From positions 744,001 through 808,000 of the forward strand of contig NW_027142279.1 of NCBI RefSeq assembly GCF_036365525.1: DNA of 64,000 nt, written 5' to 3'. The position numbers and the translations under genes were made by a program. The DNA is from Heterodontus francisci. Lineage: Eukaryota. The notes under the pieces were generated by a model that had not been told where the DNA came from, did no database searches, and was given only the letters and a program-made list of their open reading frames with translations. Below, piece after piece: positions 1 through 12,009 of this stretch (the first letter of the stretch is position 1; every line of letters begins with the position of its first letter).

Positions 1-849
1 AAAACTCTGCAACAGGGCACTCGTCACAACATATCCTTCAGAAATATGGGAAAGGAGGAGGAGGCTATTGGGTCATATCCCTATCATTGATATGTTGTCA
101 TTTTCTATTGGTTAGTAACAGTTCGGCATCTGGCAAAACCCATTAGGTCTTTCAGAGGAATTGGATTACAACATAATTAAAATTTATGTCTCAATTGCTA
201 TTCAATTCATTTAACCACTTGTCAGCTGGTTAGCTGAGCTCGTTAATCTACTTTAACTAGTTGAGATGTCTCCTGTCCATCTTTGAACCGTTTGCACACT
301 GAGCTTCATTTCTTTCAGTTGAGCTTCTTCATGAAGCACCCTTCTCTCTCTTGTGACATCAAGCAGGCTAATAAAAAGATCTGTGGAAATGATACGCTGT
401 GGTTTTAACTCTGCTTTTCGCACCTTTACACAACATTTCATCAGGCATTGCAGTTCGCCAGCTCGCAGGAGAAAATGCAGAACAGATACTGAGCTGAAAA
501 CAACATGACAAACACACAGGAGGAACAGAGTCGAAAGGGGCTCCTGAGGATGGGAGGAAATAACACGGCGGGCACATCAGTATTTTGGAGGAGTTTAGGA
601 TGGAGGGTCAATAGGGAATGTTAATAAGGGATGCTGGGTGGGTCCCCAGCACAGCTTTTTGTGTGACCGACTGGCTTGCCCAGTCATTTCAGAGTCAGCC
701 ACATTGTTGCAGGAATGGAGTCACCTTTTAGGCCAGGTTAAAGATGACAGATTTCCTTCTCTCAGTGAGAGATGGGTTTTTCAGGCAATCCAGTAGTTTT
801 ATGCTCACCATGACTGAGACCAGCTTTTTATCATTTTTTTAAATTCGTT

Positions 850-1240
850 CATAGGATGTGGGCGTCGCTGGCCAGGCCAGCATTTATTGCCCATCTCTAA
901 TTGCCCTTGAGAAGGTGGTGGTGAGCTGCCTTCTTGAACCACTGCAGTCCATGTGTGGTAGTTACATCCACAGTGCTGTTAGGAAGGGAGTTCCAGGATT
1001 TTGACCCAGCGACAGTGAAGGAACGGAGATATAGTTCCAAGTCAGGATGGTGTGTGACTTGGAGGGGAGCTTGCAGGTGGTGGTGTTCCGATGCATCTGC
1101 TGCCCTTGTCATTCTAGTTGGTAGAGGTCGCGAGTTTGTAAGGTGCTGTCTAAGGAGTCTTTGTGCATTGCTGCAGTGCGTCTTGTAGATGGTACACACT
1201 GCTGTCACTGTGTGTCGGTGGTGGAGGGAGTGAATGTTTA
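850..1240 (-). mobile_element. CR1/L2-group LINE 3' fragment
   Basis: Minus ORF 897..1208 ends ...LRSFTVAGSKSWNSLPNSTV..., typical of the RT C-terminus. Related 3' tail sequence recurs near 20550, 28080 and 30190. Boundaries approximate. Confidence 0.75.
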
Positions 1241-1487
1241 TCTAACTCAGTGAACTTACATTATCCACCTTGCTGGGATTCGAATTCACGTCACCAAGTT
1301 ATTAGCCCAGGCCTTTAGATTACTAACCCAGTAACGTAACACTTTGCGACCTTACACTTCAACCTTCTTTTGAGCCTCAGCCCTAGGAGTGGAAAATACA
1401 AATGTGGGCGGGTTTCTATGTGTGATTCACTCACTGTTAAACCCACTCACCAGCCTGTTTTTCTTTCTTAAGCTGTTTAAACGTTTG

Positions 1488-1531
1488 CAGCTGCACTCTG
1501 ATAACCGCACATCCTGACTGCGTGTTTCCTG
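1488..1531. promoter_or_regulatory. Candidate T-cell enhancer module (E-box, GATA, RUNX, ETS, ETS)
   Basis: CAGCTG 1488-1493, TGATAA 1499-1504, AACCGCA 1503-1509, CATCCTG 1510-1516, TTTCCTG 1525-1531. The minus strand reads CAGGATGTGCGGTTATCA. Confidence 0.45.
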
Positions 1532-2263
1532 TCTCTGTGTCTCTCTGTATAATTCGATTCTGCTGCTGTGTTGTTCTGACAAAGTCTTTCCACAAAAAAA
1601 CATGGAAAGAAAGCAGTACAGAGGAATTTGCAGGTAGTTAGGGCGACGAATTGAATTAACAGGGGAGATAGGAGGAGTTGCACTAGCTGGGTTGATCTTG
1701 CAGAGAGCTGGAATTGACTCGATGGGCCAAATGGCCTCCTTCTGTACTGTAACCAGTCTCTGATTCTATGATAGATTCCCTGTGGTCGGAGAATCTGAAA
1801 ATATATTTGATCAGTCAATCAAGTGTGAAGGAAATGCAACACCCAACATGTTTACATTGCTGACTCTTTATTCCCTCAGGTATAGAAGATTAAACGGTGA
1901 TCTGACTGAGGTGTTTAAAATGACTGAATGTGTTGATAGAGTAGATAGAGATAAACTATATCCTGTTGTTGGGGGCGGGGCACGGGGGCAGAACAAGTTG
2001 GTTTAAACCCAAACATCGAGCCAGGCTATTCAGGAGTGATGTCAGGAAGCATTTCTTCACACAAAGGGGCGTGGAAATCTGTTTCCTGTGTGCAGATTAG
2101 TGTTTGTAAGGTCAATAAAATTTTGCACGAATGGTGTGGTAGTGATTCCTTTAGAAGAACAACACTTTATCTTTAAGACAAGCAGTTAAACTATAAATGC
2201 ATGTGCCAGAGTAGCATTTACCCCCACATCAAGGTATTGTTTTTCATTACACCTCTGTTCATT

Positions 2264-2501
2264 NNNNNNNNNNNNNNNNNNNNNNNNNNNNNNNNNNNNN
2301 NNNNNNNNNNNNNNNNNNNNNNNNNNNNNNNNNNNNNNNNNNNNNNNNNNNNNNNNNNNNNNNNNNNNNNNNNNNNNNNNNNNNNNNNNNNNNNNNNNNN
2401 NNNNNNNNNNNNNNNNNNNNNNNNNNNNNNNNNNNNNNNNNNNNNNNNNNNNNNNNNNNNNNNNNNNNNNNNNNNNNNNNNNNNNNNNNNNNNNNNNNNN
2501 N
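2264..2501. other. Assembly gap (238 N)
   Basis: Run of N. Confidence 1.
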
Positions 2502-3370
2502 CTGTCTATGGCTATCTAATTATCTGTCTGTCTACCTATTTCACTCTCTATATAGAATCTTTATCCATCAATATTTATCTACAAATCTATCTGTTGATCC
2601 CTCTGTCTATCTATTCTCTAAACCACCTGTGGAACTCCCAATTCATTTCTTTCACTCTCTCTATCCAGTTATTTATCTATCTGTCTAGCCATCTCTCTAT
2701 CAATCTGTCTATCTATTTCTCTATCTATTGATCCCTTTATCCAACTGTATCTCTATCTATCTTATATGCCTATATATATATATCTATAACTGCATTGCTC
2801 GATCTTTCTATTTAGTTCTCTATCATTATCTACCCACATATCACTCTATCTATCTATTGCTCTCTCCATCCATCACTTTCTTTCTTTATATCCAACTATC
2901 TACCTATCCATTTATTCCAACAGTTCATCTATCCATTTATTCATAACTTTCTTTAACTATTTACCCATCACTCTGTCTATCTATTGATACCTCTATCCAT
3001 CTATTTCGTTATATCCATCTATCTCTTCATCTCGATTTCTCTCCCTGTATCTCCCTCTCTATCTATTGATATCTCTATCTATTGACTTTTCTGTCCATCT
3101 ATATCTCCTATATGTCTATATAGGTCTATATGATCTGATATGATATGCCTATATATGTCTCTAGAGATCGATCTTTCTATCTAACGCCCTATCTCTCTAT
3201 TAGTATCTATCTATCTACCACTTTATCAATTGATGTCTCCATACAACTCTCTTTATATCTATCAATAGCTTTCTATATTTATATCTATCTATCAATCCCT
3301 TTCTACCTATCAGTCAATCCTTGTCTATCTATCCATCTAACTCTCTATCCGTCTATCCATCTATTTTTCT
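2502..3370. repeat. Degenerate (TCTA)n/(TATC)n low-complexity tract
   Basis: Repeated tctatc/tatcta motifs. Confidence 0.9.
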
Positions 3371-3425
3371 GTCCACCAGATTGACATTGGACTCTCATTG
3401 ACAGGACCTGCATATAAGATGACAG

Positions 3426-3441
3426 ACAGCAGGTGGCAGCA
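3426..3441 (+). promoter_or_regulatory. CTCF-like motif, 3' of Cβ, pointing toward D-J-C
   Basis: ACAGCAGGTGGCAGCA versus consensus CCASYAGRKGGCRS, in a short unique island between low-complexity tracts. Confidence 0.5.
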
Positions 3442-3489
3442 GAGATCAACATTTCATCCAATTCCATCATCCTGAGCTCCAGTGAGAAA

Positions 3490-3970
3490 GACAGGATGGA
3501 GGAAGGACAGGGGGCAGGAAAAAAGAAAGTTTGTTTGGGTGAAAAAGGGGGAAAAAAGAGATTGAAAGAACGTGGCGAGAAAAGAGAGAAGAACTGCAAG
3601 AGAAATCCAAGGAAGGAGAAGAGTTTAGGAAAAAGGGGGCGGGAAGGAATGAGAAAGTAGAGAAAGAAAAAGAGAAGGGAAAGAAAATGGAGAGAAGAAA
3701 TCAGAACAAGAAAGAAAGACAGAGAGGAAGAGAGAGAGAGAGAAAGAAAGATAAACAATGAAGGAGAGGAGTAGATTGAAAGGAATGACAAAAGATAGAA
3801 AATTGGTCGATACAATAACAGAAAGTTTGATTGGATGAAATAAAAAAATTGATGGAAGAGAAGAATTAAAGAAAGGATAAAAGAATGATGGGGAGGAAGA
3901 AAGATAATTAAAATAAGGAACTGGAGACTGAAAGCATAACTAAATGAATGATATAAAAATGCTGAAGAAG
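3490..3970. repeat. Purine-rich (GA) low-complexity tract
   Basis: Nearly pure A/G on the + strand. Confidence 0.85.
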
Positions 3971-3989
3971 GAAATTCAGCTGCAATAGG

Positions 3990-4615
3990 CATCACAGACT
4001 TTGCTGCACTGACCCAGTAGCCACATTTCCTCTGCATGGAGGGGGCAGGTGCACGGGGCCCAGAGACAGCGTCTCTCCCAGGAGGAAATGAGACAAACAT
4101 GGGCTCAATCTGCCAGCCTCTGAGCGGAGAGCACAGCAACAATAACAGGTGGCACTTTCCGTTAAACCACAGGGTGAAACTCGGGCGCAATGACCTACTT
4201 TACAAACCGTGCAGCGCGCCTGCATGCAGAAAGCTGAGCTGCACCATTTGAAAGTTCACATCCCACGGCCTCCGTTTGATATCTTTCCGTGCAGCTGCAC
4301 AATGTTATTTTCAAGCTCCAGTCTTGTTTTGAGTTAATATTTTCCGGAGGAAATGACACTGTAACCGAATTTTAAAGTCAAAGCACATTATCGCTCCCAT
4401 TCACTCAACAGACAATCGCTTTAACAAGCAAAATGTTTACCCCCATACAGTATGTAAGATTTCAGTGAACGTTTGGCCGACTCTGCTCTGTCTCATTGAT
4501 ATTTTCCAGTGTTACTGCTGAAATTTTTGCATTTCGGGTTGTTTTTTTTATATATGGAGAATTGGAACGGGGAGTGAGCAAGTACTGGGAAAAAAGGGGA
4601 AGGGATGTGGTTCGA
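3990..4615. promoter_or_regulatory. Candidate TCRβ enhancer (Eβ-like)
   Basis: Unique island ~2.5-3 kb 3' of the poly(A) signal. It contains GCCACATTTCC (RUNX-ETS, ~4020), CAGGTG E-boxes (~4047, ~4146), AACCACA (~4166), GAGGAAAT, and GGATGTGGTT at 4603-4612, the ETS-RUNX composite type found in mammalian Eβ. Confidence 0.5.
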
Positions 4616-4629
4616 GACCAGATTGTGTG

Positions 4630-5340
4630 TGTGAGAGAAAGAGCTAGGGAGAGCTGGGGAGAGAGACAAAGAGAGGGAGAGGGTGAGGGGAAGAGGGGGC
4701 AAGGGAGCGAGAGAGAGAGATAAACAAACAGAGGGGGCAAGATATGGAGAGAGAGAAAGACAGAGGGAAAGAGAGGGGAAGGGATGGAGAGGGAGAAAGA
4801 CAGAGGGAAAGAGAAGGGAAGCGATGGAGAGAGAGAAAGACAGAGGGAAAGAGAGGGGAAGGGATGGAGAGAGACAAATAGACAGACAGGATAGAATATG
4901 GAGAGAAAGACAGGCAGCGAGAGAGAGAGAGAGGGTTACAGAGAGACAGAAAGGCAGACAATGAAAAATACTGAGGAGTCAGCAACTTGGAAAACGGTAA
5001 GCGAGGTGATAGAGAGGGAGGGGGAGGGGAGAGAGAGAGACAAACGTGGTGAGTGATGGGGAATTAAGCAGGCAGCGCACAGGAAGAGGGAGAAATGAGA
5101 TAGAAAGGAAAAGATGTAGGGGAATGGCTGTATAAGAGATACAGAGAGAAAGAAGGGATAAATGAAAGATACAGGGAGAGAAAAATAGAAAGAGAGAGGG
5201 AGAATGATAGTGGGGAATAGAAAAGGAGAGAAAGATGCAGGGCATAGAGAAAGGCAGGGGACGTATAGAGACAGAGAACTGGTGAGATAGAGAGACCAGG
5301 AGCTAGAATAGTGGGTAGATAGAGCTGACAAAAAAGAGTT
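4630..5340. repeat. GA-rich low-complexity tract
   Basis: (GA)n and GAGAGGG-like repeats. Confidence 0.85.
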
Positions 5341-7048
5341 TCCGATTACCAAAAATGCAACGCTTGTAGCCTTCTAAAGCTGGTTTAAAGATTGACTCGA
5401 TATCTACGTACATCAATCAGCCTGATAATGAAGGTATCTTTCAATGTCTGTAGCCAGTGAGAATGTGTTCATATTCCTGAGATGCAGGTCAGTGTGCACT
5501 GTTAGCCATCAGGAAAGAATGAACAGGCTGGGACACTTTTCTGTTGAATGAAGAAAGCTGAGGGGTGACCTGATAGACGTCTTTAGGCTTACGAAGGGGT
5601 TTGATAGGGGAGATGGGGCCATAAATATAAGACACATCACTATTGAATCCAATCAGGAGAGACTTCTTTACCCAGAGAGTGGTGGGAATGTGGAACTCGC
5701 TACCACTGTAAGAAGAATAGCATCGATGCCTTTAAGGGGAAGTTGGGAAAGCACTTGAAAGAGAACGGAATGGAAGGAGATGTGCTGAGGTGAGATGAAG
5801 CGTGGGTGGGAGGAGGCTCATGTGGAGCTGAAACACTGGCATGGACCAGACGGGCTGAATGGCCTGTTTCTGTGCTGAAATCTCTATGGAGCTGGGGTGC
5901 AGTTCAGACAAGGTCTCACTGAATGGCAGAACAGATGCGAGGATCAAAATGGCTCCCCTCTTGTTCCTCGGTTTCTATGAACACAGCCTGGGTCTGGTGC
6001 AGTTAAACACAGAGGTGACTGGCTCGATCCCTCCCCAACAGCATTCCTCAGTAACCCCATAGGGCAGAAGGGAGACAGCAGCCACCTGTCATTACCCATC
6101 TCCCACGTGGACAATCCCTTGGCGACTGTGAGCGCCATTGCCCGCTCAGAGCAAACCATTTACAAAGGAGGGGTGCAGCGTCCTGGGTGCCAAAGCCGGG
6201 GATGAAATTGCCCAAATCTAGAACAGTCTGGTAAAGCACTCATCGGTGAAATTGCTTGGAAGGACAGCATTGTGGTAGGAATGGGCTGGGCTCATAATCC
6301 CAAGATATGAGTTCAAATCCCATCATGGTCGCTGGGGAATTTCAAATCAGCTAATTAGCTCAAAATGTGCAATAAATAGCTAACATCAGCAATGGCGACC
6401 TTGAAACTGCGAGAGATTTGTATCAAACTCCATCTGGTTAACTCATGTTCTTTTGGGGTGGAAATCTGCAGCCGTTACCCGGCCTGGCCTACATGCAACT
6501 CCAGACCCACAGCAATGTGGTTGACTCATAACCGCTCTCTGAAATGGCCTAGAAAGACATTCATTTGTATTCAGGAAAGTAGTTCATCGACACCTTCTCA
6601 GTGGCTGTCAGGGATGGGTTACACATAGCAACAGGGAAACAGGAGACTATTTAGCCCACTCGAAGCTGCCACGTAGAGCGAGGAAGCGATTCTGCCCTCT
6701 CACGCCTGTTGCATAGAATTGGGTGGAGGAGGTCATTCAAACCAGGAGAGCCTGTTGCATTGCAACAGGAGGAGTCCAATTCAGCCCCTCGAGCCTATTA
6801 CATAGGCATAGTGTGAGGAGTCCATTAAACCCCGGCACATGTTCCGCCATTCAATTAGATCATGGAAGATCTGCACACCAACCCTATTTCCCCATCTTTG
6901 CTCAATATCCCTTGATCCCGTTACCCAATAAAATTCATCTAATGCCTACCTGCATATTTTAATGTTGTTTGGAAATGTTGTGCCAAGCGCGTGGGGTAAA
7001 ACTGAAATAATAGTGGAGAGAAACGGTTTTCTTTGTCGAAATATTCTA

Positions 7049-7054
7049 TTTATT
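7049..7054 (-). promoter_or_regulatory. Probable poly(A) signal of TRBC
   Basis: AATAAA on minus (tttatt on +), ~780 nt after the stop codon. Confidence 0.55.
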
Positions 7055-7828
7055 TCTTAACCAGTGAACAAGAAAAGAAAAAAAATATAGAAGATCACAA
7101 GCGAGCTGTCGATACTGGATCCACTGAGAACCCCACGACAAATAATGGACAATTATGAGCGCATTTTCCATCTGCAATCGATGAGGTGTCTGATACAAAT
7201 AGTAATAACATTTTTGCATTAACAGAAAAGGGAAAAAAGACATTAATAGTTGCACTAAACAGAACTTGAAGTTACAATTTGTTTACTACTGCTTAATATT
7301 ATACACAGCTTTACTAGAATTGCACGGAATGAGGGACTTAAGTTTCATGGAGAGATCAGCAAAGCTGGAATTGATCGCCTTGGCATTAACAACTGGCTTT
7401 TTCAAAGAGCTAGCACTTGCACGATGGGCCAAGTGGCCTCCTTTCGTCCTGTAAGGTTGTATGTTTCTTTATAACGTTTCAAACAACACAGACTAACAAT
7501 TAATAAACAGACAAAATAAACTGGAAAAAAAGTTTGCACGTTTCTCAAAGCTTCACCTACTGAGGCAACAGGAATTTAATACATTGACGAGAATATGAAA
7601 GGACTTATTCGAGTGGAAAAGACAGACTGGGGCTTAAAATTTCCTCTGTTCGTTTCCCGCAGTGGTGATGGGTATTTAGGGTTGTCCGCCAAAGTTACGC
7701 GAGTACAGCGGGAGTGGTTTAGACGAAATTCACCCCCGAGATATTCACAATAATCGTATTTTCTCTCCCCTTGCTCCCTCGTGTGTTCTGCTGCTTATCC
7801 ATCTTTTGAGTTCATTAATTTGCGACGA

Positions 7829-7855
7829 TCAGTCAAACCTTTTGCTGTAAGACGT
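7829..7855 (-). CDS. TRBC: TCR beta constant exon 4 (cytoplasmic tail TSYSKRFD*)
   Basis: Polypyrimidine tract + CAG acceptor, phase 0 matching exon 3, then TGA. Confidence 0.85.
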   Translation of the reverse strand, partial: TSYSKRFD

Positions 7856-7889
7856 CTGGTATATGATAAAAAAAAGAGGGAGTTATTAT

Positions 7890-8430
7890 CGTCATGGAAT
7901 TATGGACTGATACAGAACAGAAGGAGGCCATTCGTCCGGCGTGCCTATACTGGCATTTTGAAAGAGCTGTCCAATTAGTCCCATTTCACAGTTCTTTCCC
8001 CTATAGCCCTGAGACTATTCCCTCCCCCACTACCTCCACCCCCTCAAACAAGTATTCATCCAATTCCCTCTTGAAAGTTACTACTGAATCAGCTTCCACC
8101 GCCCTTTCAGCCAGTGCATTCTCAACCACAACAACTCGCTGGCTCAAAATATATTTCTCACCTGCCCCTCTGCTCCCTTGGCTAATCACCTTACAGCTGT
8201 GTCCTTGGTTGGGCAATCCTGCTGCCTCTTTGAAGCTGTTACCCCATTCGCTGTCCTATCCAAACCCTTCATCATTGTGCACACCTCTATTAAATCTCTC
8301 CTTAACCTTCCCTGATCCAAGGAGAACAATCCCAACTTCCGTATTCTCCTCACATCACTGAGGTCCCTCAACACTGTTACCGTTCAAGTAAATCGCCCCT
8401 TCACCCTCTCCAATGACTCGACATCACTGT
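7890..8430 (-). mobile_element. CR1-type LINE 3' fragment in TRBC intron 3
   Basis: Minus ORFs with KLGLFSLDQGRLRRDLIEV and SQRVVVVENALAERAVEA. Confidence 0.75.
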
Positions 8431-8800
8431 CCTGACCAGATCATCATGTGCATGAATAATCGAGACGAACCATGCACATGCTCTTTCCTGCTCATGCATT
8501 CCTAACCTTGCATATAAAGTCTTGTAAAGTTACAATAAGTTCAATTATTTTCCAAGGGAAATTCCAGAACATTGACAATTGTGTTCAAATGGATTAAATT
8601 GGTTGGTTAGTGTTGTGGGCGCAGGAATGAATGGAAAGTGAATTGGTGTATTCCATCTGCGTGCAATAGGAATGCAAAACTAGGGCTCGTGAATATCGGA
8701 TAGTCACTCGTAATTTCAGTCTGGAATTCAGGAGAAACTTCTTTACCCAGTTTCACCATGACAATACCTATGTTAAGAACTTCAGTAATTTTAATCTTAC

Positions 8801-8907
8801 CTTAGTTTTCCAAGCAATTGTTGAGATGAAAATTGCATAAAAGATGCTTTTGCAGATGAGGATCAGGTATGTCAGTTTTGCTGTTGCCATGCTTTGGATT
8901 TTCGCCT
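8801..8907 (-). CDS. TRBC: TCR beta constant exon 3 (connecting peptide/transmembrane)
   Basis: AG/GT-bounded, 107 nt, (E)AKIQSMATAKLTYLILICKSIFYAIFISTIAWKTK, with the TCRβ TM Tyr...Lys...Tyr (CART) pattern. Confidence 0.95.
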
Positions 8908-9709
8908 CTGTAAAATAAATGTAACAGGAAATGTTGCAATCTCTGTTCTCTCAAGGCAAGAAATGCTACTGCGTGAAAATGTAATGTGTGTCAGTGAAGG
9001 AGCCCAATGTAAGGGTCGAGCTGCGAAAGCAGAACTGATCTCCCTTTGACGCAAGGAGCCCTGGGGTATTCCTTACTACAAATGGAGTTCAGCAATATGG
9101 CCGATCTGAATTGGGGCCGCTGTAACTTATGTGTCAGCTATGGCTCACGTATGTATCAGCTCTAGCTGAGTGGGTAACGCTCTCCTGTCTGAGTCGTACG
9201 ATTGTGGGTTCATGCCCCAGTCCAAAGACATGAACCCCATAATCCAGACTGACTCTCCCAGTGCCAGCAGACAGCGTGTGTGCTGCACTGCAACTTTGGA
9301 GGAACCTTCTTTGAGATGATGTGTTAAACTAATTTAACCTCTGGGAAGTGGAACTGTCCCTCTTATCTCCACGCCAGATTCACAGTATCAACTCCCAAGG
9401 AATTGTACGTTTTAAGACAGGTGTACACAGCTCCCTCCCCTCCCATCCCCAGGCGTCCCCTCTCCCTCATCACAGGGCAACATATTTCCCTGAGGTCGTG
9501 AACCCAAGAGGACCGTGAGGTTATATCATTCGACTAGGCTGGTCTCGAAATTCCAACGGCCTTTCCCTCCCAGAGGAGTTTTCTCATAAACTCGTTGTGC
9601 ATGATAGTATGTATAACTGTAAAACTACAGCTTGGAAATGTTGAAATGAGTATATACATGAAATGTCTGACACAGTAATAATTCCAGAATTATTGGTGAA
9701 TATTTTTTG

Positions 9710-10245
9710 AGTCATGGAGTCATTACAGCACGGAAAGAGGTCATTCGGCCCATCGAGTCCATGCAGGATCTCTACAGAGCAATCCAATCAGTCCAGCTCT
9801 CCCCTTCCATCTCCATTGCCCTGCAAGTTAATTACCCTCAACAGTCCGTCCAGTTTCCTTATGAAATCATTCATTATCGCCATTTCCACCACCCTCGTAG
9901 ACAGTGACTTCCAGGTCATTACCACTCGCTGCATAAAACACTTCTGCCTCACATCCCCCCCCAGTGCATCTTTTTCCCAAAGCCTGAAAACTGTGACCCC
10001 CCCCCCACAGTCCTTATGCCAGCAACTCATGGGGACAACTTTTCTTTGTCTACCTATTGCAAACCTGTCATAATCTTGTACAACTCTGTCAAATAGCCCC
10101 TCAATCTCCTTTCCTCCAAGGAGAACAACCCAGGTTCTCCAATGTAACTTTGTAGCTAAAATTCCTCATCTCTGGAACCATTGTGGTAAATCTCCTCTGC
10201 ACCCTCTCAAGGACCTTCACCTCCTTTACAAAGTGTGGAGACCAG
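9710..10245 (-). mobile_element. CR1-type LINE 3' fragment in TRBC intron 2
   Basis: WSPHFVKEVKVLERVQRRFT and FMQRVVMTWKSL motifs plus the 3' tail. Confidence 0.8.
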
Positions 10246-10273
10246 ATACAGATAGAAGCAGATAGATATTCAC

Positions 10274-10294
10274 CTTTACTTATACCGCACATTT
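10274..10294 (-). CDS. TRBC: TCR beta constant exon 2 (hinge with interchain Cys)
   Basis: ttttcccag|AAATGTGCGGTATAAGTAAAG|gtgaat, 21 nt, phase 1/1, (E)MCGISK. Confidence 0.9.
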
Positions 10295-10614
10295 CTGGGA
10301 AAAGAAAGAAAAATCAATAAACATTCAGCATCAGAATATTTTATGAAATCACTGTGTAAATGTAGATTATCACAATTGAGTCCCGCACTGTACTCTAATA
10401 TATTGAGAGTCATTTTAATTGAGTGTTTAACCATATCTTCCCCTTTGCACTACAATATTGTTCTATTTCATGAATTATTTAATTATTTATTGACTTACTG
10501 ATACATCTACTTGCTTATTCGTACTTTCATAAGAGCACAGGTACTATATAAATGCAACTTTCTGATTTCTTTGAAGCTGAAATAAAATGGTATTGGTCTC
10601 ACTAGTGTGCTTAC

Positions 10615-10965
10615 CTGCTTTGACAGCTAATGTTGAACTGCTTGTTGTAGGCACTGATTCGTTAGTGTAGAGATCTACTCTGCACTCAACGTTCTTGGAC
10701 CGAGCCCAATCTAGGGCGTCGAATCTCAGCCGGCTGCTGATGCTGTAAGATGTATTTTCTTTTGATAGGATGGCATTGAGATCAGTGTGAATGTTCGTGT
10801 CATTGGCATCTTTCTCCTTGCCATCGACAAGCCAGTGGATCTTGATGTTGTCGGGGTAGAAGTCGCTTACGAGGCAGACCACAGTGGCTTTTTTCTTTTC
10901 TCTAATCTCTTCGGGAGAGGGCTCAAAGACAGTAACTTTGGCAGGCCTAATCGTATCGTTTTCGC
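10615..10965 (-). CDS. TRBC: TCR beta constant exon 1 (Ig C1 domain)
   Basis: ENDTIRPAKVTVFEPSPEEIREKKKATVVCLVSDFYPDNIKIHWLVDG...YSISSRLR...ECRV...AVKA, bounded by tgcag| and |gtaag. Confidence 0.98.
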
Positions 10966-11058
10966 CTGCAGGAAAAGTAAATGGAGAGAATATGGATGAG
11001 TATGAAACCCGTCTTGAGAATTTTAAACCACCAAACAATATCAACCTTTCAATTCTAG

Positions 11059-11111
11059 CCAGAGCAGTTAATTTTGTGCCAACTCCAGAATAAACCTCTC
11101 TGTTTCCCGAA
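11059..11111 (-). pseudogene. TRBJ: Jβ2-18: SGNREVYSGVGTKLTAL, donor lost, in frame with Cβ
   Basis: J-like G-x-GTKLT motif; G|CTAG where G|GT is expected; degenerate RSS CACCGAT-12-GTAGAATCA. Confidence 0.75.
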
Positions 11112-11349
11112 CACCGATCAGTCATAAAACGTAGAATCAGTTTGCAACCTCGACCTGCTTTTGTACATTTTAACCCAAAGTGGCAGAAACTGATCATCTC
11201 AACCTCTTAGTCATTGAGTGAAGTACAAGTCTGTCTCACTATGAAAGAGGTTCTCCTGTCTATCTGAAAAGTGTTACCCTGAACTCTGGGCCAGCCTGTT
11301 CTCAATAACCAGGCTATCACTCACCTTGTCCCATTATCTAGAGCCCTTT

Positions 11350-11940
11350 CCTATCAGGGAAGTTATGGGGAACATTTCTAAAGCTCTGGTTCGGAAACAA
11401 CTAGAGTTTTGCAGCCACTTCTGATCACCACATTTGAGGAAGGTTGTGAGTGTCCTTGAAAGGGTTCAGAGGATATTTAACAGAATGGTTCCAGGGATGA
11501 AGGATTTTAGCTACAAGGTTAGGTTGGAGAAGCTGGGATTGTTCTGCTTGGAACAAAGGAGATTGAGGGGAGATTTGATGGCAGCGTACAAGATTATGAC
11601 GGATTTAGATAAGGTAGACAAAGAAATGCGTCACCTATTAGTTGTTGGTGCAAGGACCAGAAGAGACAGATTTCTGGTGCTGTGCAAAAGATGCAGGGGG
11701 ATGTGAGGAGGGACACTTTTATGCCACGTGTGGTAATGACCTGGAACTCGCTGCCTACAAGGGTGGTGGAAGCGGAGACAATGAATGATTTCAGAAGGAA
11801 ATTGGATGGACACTTGAGGCAAATTAACTTGCAGGGCCACAGGGATAGAGCGAGGGAGTGGGACTGATTGGATTGCCAGACAGAGAGCTGGCATGGACTC
11901 GATGGGCGGAATGGCCCCCCTGTGTGCTGCATTATGATTC
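11350..11940 (+). mobile_element. CR1-type LINE 3' fragment
   Basis: ORFs LERVQRIFNRMVPGMKDFSYKVRLEKLGLFCLEQRRLRGDL and PRVVMTWNSLP. Confidence 0.85.
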
Positions 11941-12009
11941 TAATCCTACTCTTGTCTCTTCCCCCAAATGTAATATTTAATAATTAGTGCTACCATAAAC
12001 TCACACATG

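Noticed and set aside
253-577. Short ORFs at the window start as an inverted 3' Vβ or a neighbouring gene
   Set aside because: No Ig V hallmarks (Cys, WYRQ, YYC), no RSS and no recognisable protein.
3345-5352. Phe/Leu/Ser-rich or Arg/Glu-rich ORFs, including the 281-aa ORF
   Set aside because: Artefacts of GA/TC low-complexity DNA.
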